A stretch of 64,000 nt of DNA, from assembly GCA_963839965.1 (NCBI GenBank), contig CAWIWX010000006.1, positions 33,778 through 97,777 on the forward strand. Reading direction: 5' to 3'. Positions within the stretch are counted from its first letter, which is position 1; each line of letters begins with the position of its first letter. This document shows, in pieces, positions 58,020 to 64,000 of this stretch. Both the position numbers and the translations under genes were made by a program. Origin of the DNA: an uncultured Solirubrobacterales bacterium (GTDB taxonomy: Bacteria > Actinomycetota > Thermoleophilia > Solirubrobacterales > Solirubrobacteraceae). The notes beneath the pieces are model-generated. The model ran no database searches and was not told the origin of the DNA. It worked only from the letters and a program-made list of their open reading frames with translations.

Positions 58020-58340
58020 ATGGCCAAGAACAAGAGGTATCCAGCAGAAGTGCGTGAGCGGGCGGTTCGCCTGGTCATGGAGCATCGTGGTGAGTACGCG
58101 ACCGAATGGGCGGCGATGGTGTCGGTCGCGCAGAAGTGCGGGATGACGGCTGAGACGCTGCGGAAGTGGGTGCGCCAGTCCGAAGTCGATGGTGGCCGTC
58201 GGCATGGGGTCACGAGCGAGGAGGCTCAGAAGATCAAAGATCTGGAGCGTGAGAACCGGGAGCTGCGTCGCGCGAATGAGATCCTGAAGGCCGCCTCAGC
58301 TTTCTTCGCGCGGGAGCTCGACCCGCAGCCGAGGAGATGA
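58020..58340 (+). CDS. IS3 OrfA
   Basis: RYPAEVRERAV...ETLRKWVRQ...RELRRANEILKAASAFFA. Confidence 0.92.
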   Translation: MAKNKRYPAEVRERAVRLVMEHRGEYATEWAAMVSVAQKCGMTAETLRKWVRQSEVDGGRRHGVTSEEAQKIKDLERENRELRRANEILKAASAFFARELDPQPRR

Positions 58341-59254
58341 GCAGGGTGGTTGACGCGCACCGCGATGAGTATGGGGTCGAGCCGTTCTGCAGGACGCTTC
58401 AGATCGCCCCGTCAACGTATTACGCGGTCAAGGCCCGCGAACGATCGCCCTCAGAGCGAGCGCTGAGGGATCGGCGCCTGCGCGGTGAGATCCGTAGGGT
58501 GCACAAGGAGAACCTCGGCGTCTATGGCGCCAGGAAGGTCTGGTGGCAGCTGGCGCGCGAAGACGTCAAGGTCGCCCGCTGCACGGTGGAACGCCTGATG
58601 GCCAGGGAGAGCCTGAAAGGCGCTGTGCGGGGCAAGAAGCGCCGCACCACGATCCCGGACGGGCAATCAACCCGCGCGCCCGACCTCGTGGACCGCGACT
58701 TCAAAGCGGCTGCCCCGAACCGGCTGTGGGTCTCCGATTTCACGTATGTGCCGGCGTGGTCAGGGACGGTGTATGTCGCGTTCACGATCGACGTGTTCTC
58801 CCGCAGGATCGTCGGCTGGAAGGCCGACACCACGATGAAAACACCGCTCGTCCTGGACACGCTGGAGATGGCGCTCTGGGCCCGCGACCATCACGGCACC
58901 CCCGTCCCGGAGGGCCTCATATCCCACTCCGATGCCGGGAGCCAATACACGAGTTTTGCGTTCACCCAACGGCTCGTTGATGCTGGCGCGGACCCCTCGA
59001 TCGGATCGATCGGCGATGGGTATGACAACGCCGTCGCCGAGTCAACGATCGGGCTCTACAAGACCGAGCTGATCAACCAGCAAGGACCATGGAAGACGAT
59101 GGAGCAAGTCGAGTTCGCCACACTGCAATGGGTCGACTGGTACAACCACAAGCGACTACACAGCTCCTGCGAACGACTCCCACCCGTCGAGTACGAGAAC
59201 AACCACGCCGCCACGACCGCGGCCGGGACGACGAACAAAGGCCCGTGGACATGA
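58337..59254 (+). CDS. IS3 OrfB DDE transposase
   Basis: YGARKVW, WVSDFTYV, HSDAGSQY, DNAVAES, WYNHKRLHS. Confidence 0.93.
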   Translation: MSRVVDAHRDEYGVEPFCRTLQIAPSTYYAVKARERSPSERALRDRRLRGEIRRVHKENLGVYGARKVWWQLAREDVKVARCTVERLMARESLKGAVRGKKRRTTIPDGQSTRAPDLVDRDFKAAAPNRLWVSDFTYVPAWSGTVYVAFTIDVFSRRIVGWKADTTMKTPLVLDTLEMALWARDHHGTPVPEGLISHSDAGSQYTSFAFTQRLVDAGADPSIGSIGDGYDNAVAESTIGLYKTELINQQGPWKTMEQVEFATLQWVDWYNHKRLHSSCERLPPVEYENNHAATTAAGTTNKGPWT

Positions 59255-59395
59255 CGGGCTGTGGACAGCAAGCTGACCACAGCCCTTGGACAACCCTACG
59301 GGTTGCCCACATGCCCACCGGCACGACTGCAACACTGAAGAACACCGACACGACTACTCAAACAAAAACGCCTCCAACAAACCCGGGGCAGTTCA

Positions 59396-59920
59396 ATCCC
59401 CTCGAACGTCGGGTCTGTGATGAGTCCCAAGCGCACACCGTCAAACGTCGATGCAAAGCGGGAGATACCGGCGGCGAGCAGCACACCTCCGCTGCGCAGC
59501 ACACGGCGCGCCTCAACGAGTGCGTGTGCGCGATCGTGGGCTGCGGGCAAGTGATAAAGCGGCCCGAACATCAACACCGCATCCGCGCTCGCGTCCGCAA
59601 ACGGAAGCTCCCGCGCATCGCCCACGGCAACCGAGGCGAGCGGCGCGTCAGGTTGCGCGGCCGAGGCCGCGATTGCCGCCTCGACGTGCGGCATGTAGGG
59701 GTCGATCAGGTGAACCTCATACCCCTCTTGCGCCAAGGCAAGGGCGTAGGCGCCTCTCGCGCCTCCAATGTCGAGCACGACCGCCGGTGGTGCTGGCAAG
59801 AAGCGGCTGAGCAGTTCGCGGGTCCTGATGCCCTCCAGCCGAGCCCAGGTCTCCAAGCGGTCCCGCTCAGGATCGTGCCGGTAGTGCGCAGCAATCGCTG
59901 GATCGAGCTTCTGACGCCAC
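59396..59920 (-). pseudogene. Class I SAM methyltransferase truncated by IS3
   Basis: VLDIGGARGAYA, GDARELPF, GPLYHL; the frame runs into the IS3 right end. Confidence 0.8.
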
Positions 59921-59951
59921 GACCCAACGCTATCGGCTACGGCTGGGAGTG

Positions 59952-62095
59952 CTACTCGATCCCAAACCCGAGGTCACGGTCGTTGTCGCGGTCGAGGTGT
60001 TGCTCCTCGTCGAGCAGTCGTTGTCGCTGCTGCTCGAGGACCTTGTCGATGTAGCGCTCGTGTTCGGCTTGGGCGTGGGTGTTGCGTTCCAGGTCGGCCT
60101 CGCGCCCGGCGGTCTGCTTGGCGATCTCCTGGGTGATCGTGGCCTCGCTGGCTCCCTCGTTGCGTAGGTGTTCGGCGAGGTGTTCGATCGCCTGGATTTC
60201 GGCGGCCTGTTCGTTGACGTCGCCGCTGCGGTCTACGTCGATCGCGCGCTCCCACTCGAACTGCCGTCCTCGCCGCGCTTGGAGCATCTCGTCGATCTCG
60301 CTCGTGGTTGCCTGAGTGGTGTTGGAGGGCGAGGGTGTCTCATGCGACTGCGGGACTGTCGGCTCGTTGGTCCGGTGCGGGGGTTCGTGTTGCTGTGCGG
60401 CCTCCGTGGAGCGCTCAAGCTCGGGTTGACGTTCCGCGGTCAGCTCGGGCTCTGCGGGCCGATCTTGGGCGAGACGCTTGGTGATCGTTGCTTCCTGGGC
60501 GCGGCTGCGCTTCATCTTCTCGGCGAGGCGTTCCATCGCGCCGGTGTCGAACCCCTGCTCGCCGAGGTCCTCGCGTGAGACGTAGATCTGGGTCTGCTCG
60601 CGGGCGCGGCTGAGGGTGACGTAGGCGTGCTCCTTGTCGGTCTGCCAGCCGCCGATCAGGATGCCGCTAGGTCTCGGTGGTGATGCCCTGGCCCTTGTTG
60701 ACGTGCACGGCGTAGCGAGAGAAAGGTCGGAGAATTTGCTCGGTGTCGACCTCGACCTCGCGGGGCTCGTGTTCGTTGGTCTTGATCGTGACCCTTGGCT
60801 CGTCGCGGCTGGCGTCGATCACGGTTCCGGTGATCCCGTTCTTGATCCGCTGCTCGCCGGGCATAGGGAATCTGGCGGTGAAGATGATCTCGTCGCCGGC
60901 GCGCAGCCCGTAGGGCTTGCCGGGCAACTCGACCTGTGTGGGCTCCGAGCTCGCCGGCCTGCGCACGGCGGTCTTGGGCCATCGCGTTCATCTGGTCGCG
61001 CTCCATGTTCGAGGCGTCGGTGATCATCACCGCCTGACCGTTCGCGAGGGTCTTGCGGGTCTCGTCCCAGTTCTCGACCATCGCCTCGGCGGCTTCGGCG
61101 CGGGTGTCGTGGATGTGCAGGCGGTCGTGGGATTGGTATTGGGCGAGCGCGGGCCAGGCTCGCCGGCGCGGATCTGTTGCCACGCCTTGCGCTCCCACTC
61201 GTGGTTGGCGCGGTGGACCTCGTGTAGTTCTGCTGTGGGGACCTTGCCTTCGAGTGCGGCGAACAGTCCGCTGGGGCCGATGCCGGAGAGCTGTGCGGCG
61301 TCACCGACGAGCAGTGGCTTGGCACCGCGCTCGGCGGTCAATTTCACGAGTGGGGCGATCCGTTCGTGGTCGGCCATCGCTGCCTCGTCGAAGACGATCA
61401 CAGTGTTCGGCCCGATCCTGATGCGGCCCTGCTGGATGCCGTAGTTGAGCTCATCGGCGCTGTAGGAGCGGTCGAGGCTCGCGTCCGCTTGGAGGCGTTG
61501 CGCGGTCGCCCCGGCGACCGAGGTTCCGATCACCTCGTTGCCCTCCAGCTGCCAGGCCCTGGCGGCCGTGGAGAGCACGACGCCCTTGCCGGTGCCGGCC
61601 GGTCCGACGAGCACAGCGATCCCGCCCGGGCCGGTGATCGTGTCGAGCGCGTCGCGCTGCTCGTGGGTGAGCGAGCCTTTGATCTGCTTGCCGATCTCCC
61701 GGCGGGCCTGCTTCAGCGCTTGCTCTGAGACCGGGGCGGCGATCTCGCTGGCGCGCCGCTGCGCGATCTCGATCGTGGTGTGCTCCAGCTCGCGGAGCTG
61801 GCGTGTCGTCCACGTGCCGTCCTCCAACTGGAGCAGCTCGCCCGAGCGGGCAAGGTCGTTGACGAGCTGGTCGGACTCCGCCGGCCGGCACACGCCTGCG
61901 CTCAGCTCGTAGGCCTTGGCGTGGAGTTCGTAGGTGTTGATCATCGACGCTTCCCTGGTCACATTCGCGAGCAGCTCCTTCGCGAGATCAATGTTGGGGT
62001 CCTGTGCAGGCCCCAGTCGTGGAAGGCTTCCTCGGAGCGTTTTCGCGGTTTGGTTGTGCTCCTCGCCGAGGGCGCGCCACGCGGCGTTGACCTCC
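59952..62095 (-). pseudogene. TrwC/TraA-type relaxase-helicase remnant lacking the N-terminal relaxase domain
   Basis: GPAGTGKG, DEAAM, VGDAAQL, YAVHVNKGQGIT, YVTLSRAR, and a C-terminal DRDLGFGIE tail. Confidence 0.82.
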
Positions 62096-62178
62096 CGAAG
62101 GTCCGATCGAGACCGTGAAAGGTGCCCTCGGCATTGGTTGCCGTGATCCGATAGTGGTAGGAGGTTTGGTCCTTAACC

Positions 62179-63651
62179 CAATACCGTTAACTTAGTGTCT
62201 GGTGGGCGGGTTATTGTTGTCGGGTGCCTCGGTCTGGTTGGGTCAAGCCGGAGACTGATCAGCGGCTGTCGGATCACATCTCGATCGGGGTGTTGACGCG
62301 GGTGTTCCCGCCGGAGTTGGTGGATCGGGTGGTGGCGGAGGCGGGGCGGGTGGAGCAGCGGCATCGGTTGTTGCCGGCGCGGGTTGTCGTGTACTACGTG
62401 CTGGCGATGGCGCTGTTCGCGGAGTGCCTCGTATGAGGAGGTGATGCGGGCGTTGGTGGAGGGGCTGGCGTGGGAGTCGGGGTGGCGCGCAGGTCGTGGG
62501 AGGTGCCGGCGAAGGGGTCGATCTTCAAGGCGCGGCAGCGGTTGGGGCGTGAGCCGCTTGAGTTGTTGTTTGAGGCGGTCGCTCGGCCGTTGGCGAGCGA
62601 GGCACGCGTGGGGCGTTTTACCGCAGTGGCGGCTGATGAGCCTGGATGGGACGTGCCTGGATGTCGCGGATACCCCGGCGAACGAGCAGGAGTTCGGGCG
62701 GCCGGGATCCTCGCGGCGTGAGGGCGGGGGCGCGTTTCCGCAGTTGCGGCTGGTCGCGCTCTCGGAGACCGGTACGCACGCGATCTGCGCGCGCCGCGAT
62801 GGGGCCGCTGAGCAGCGGCTCGAGAACGCGCTGGCCGACGAGCTGCTCGGCCGCGCTTGCAGCCGGGGATGTTGTGCCTTGCCGACCGTGGCTTCTACAG
62901 CTTCGAGCGCTTCAAGAACGCCCGCCAGACCGGGGCGCAGCTGCTCTGGCGGGTGGGGTCCAACATGCTCTTACCGCGCGAGCAGCAGCTCCCGGACGGC
63001 TCCTACCTGACACGGATCTACGCCAACCAGCCCGATCAGCGCGCCCACCGCGACGGCCGGCAGGTGCGCGTCGTCGAGTACCAGCTCGATGACGGCCTCA
63101 GCGACCCCGAGCAGCGCTACCGGCTGCTGTACAACGATCCTCGAACCCGACCAGGCGCCCGCGCGCGAGCTCGGCGTGCTCTACCACGAGCGCTGGGAGA
63201 TCGAGAACGCGCTCGACGAGCTCAAGATCCACCAGCGCGGACCGCGCGTGGTGCTGCGCTCAAAGCAACCCGACGGCGTCTACCAAGAAGCCTACGGATA
63301 CCTCTGCACCCACTACGCGATCCGCCGGCTGATGCACGACGCCGCACTCACCGGCGACCTCGACCCCGACCGATTATCGTTCACCCGCAGCCTCCGCGCC
63401 GCCCGCCGCATCAGCCCGCACCCAGCCGGGATTTTCCCCCCCAGACGATCGACAGCGCCCATGAGCACGCGATCACCGAGATCCTCGCCGAGCGACTCGG
63501 CCCACGCCGGCTACGCACCAACCCGCGCGTCATCAAGCGCAAGATGAGCAACTGGGCCGTCAAACGCCCCGAGCACCGCAACCCGGCCCAAACCCACCAA
63601 GCCAGCCGAGCGACGCGATCACCATCCTCGCCGCCTAAGGAAACGGTATTG
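62179..63651 (+). mobile_element. IS4-family insertion sequence
   Basis: Inverted repeats caataccgttaacttag / ctaaggaaacggtattg (15/17); 10-bp target duplication gtccttaacc at 62169-62178 and 63652-63661. Confidence 0.92.
62224..63638 (+). CDS. IS4-family transposase (several indels)
   Basis: RLLPARVVVYYVLA, LDGT, LADRGFYS, YHERWEIENALDELK. Confidence 0.85.
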
Positions 63652-64000
63652 GTCCTTAACCCCTTCGATCGGCTGCTTGACTTCGACGTGTTCCGTTCCG
63701 GAGCCGACACTTTCGTCGGGGATCGGGATGCTGGTCCCATAGGAGGTGGTTTCGCCTTATTCAAAGTGGTATTCGGTCTTCAGGGCACCCGGGTTGACGA
63801 AGCCGCGCAGGGTGACCTTGCTGGGTGAGACGACCGTAGCGGCTTCGGTGATCGCGACTGGCAGAGACGGCGGCCCGTCGGGGGTTCCCCAGCCGGTCGG
63901 AGCGTTGTAGCCGACTTCGGCCTGGCAGAGATAGGTGCCGCCGCAGGAGCCATTCTCACCTTCGGTAACGTCGAACAGCTCGCCACCCTGGCCGGCCCGG
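63652..64000 (-). pseudogene. Second S53 peptidase + Fn3-like gene, interrupted by IS4 (continues at about 62096-62178)
   Basis: LFDVTEGENGSC...GYNAPTGWGTP...YHFE*GETTSYG (in-frame TAA); YHYRITATNAEG on the far side of IS4. Confidence 0.75.

Larger units (their letters stand above)
57970..59395 (+). mobile_element. IS3-family insertion sequence
   Basis: TG...CA ends; 26-bp inverted repeats matching 23/26; no target duplication. Confidence 0.92.

Noticed and set aside
12028-64000. attR duplicate of the tRNA-Met 3' end
   Set aside because: No convincing copy found by eye, so the island's right boundary is undefined.

Overview
High-GC actinobacterial DNA. Gene content and the secreted-protein families suggest Thermoleophilia/Solirubrobacterales, but this is inference. 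Many single-base indels, even in essential genes, point to an error-prone assembly. 1-12027 is core genome on the minus strand: formiminotransferase, MBL hydrolase, hisS, an IS1634 element, iscU-like/mnmA, alaS, ruvX and mltG, ending at tRNA-Met(CAT). The rest is accessory. It holds about five toxin-antitoxin-like pairs, an S53 peptidase, and a ~23 kb divergently arranged locus (PadR, two ABC ATPases, FtsX-type permease, DUF2600 terpene-synthase-like enzyme, six secreted proteins) tied together by a shared 22-bp upstream motif and a shared Cys-repeat domain. Further right are a patatin gene and two class III cyclase-STAND-TPR genes flanking a GNAT+cNMP-binding gene. The window ends in decayed mobile DNA: IS66 fragment, IS3, truncated relaxase-helicase, and IS4 in a second S53 gene. 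The best candidates for undescribed systems are the PadR/ABC/DUF2600/surface-protein locus and the cyclase-STAND/cNMP-acyltransferase module.
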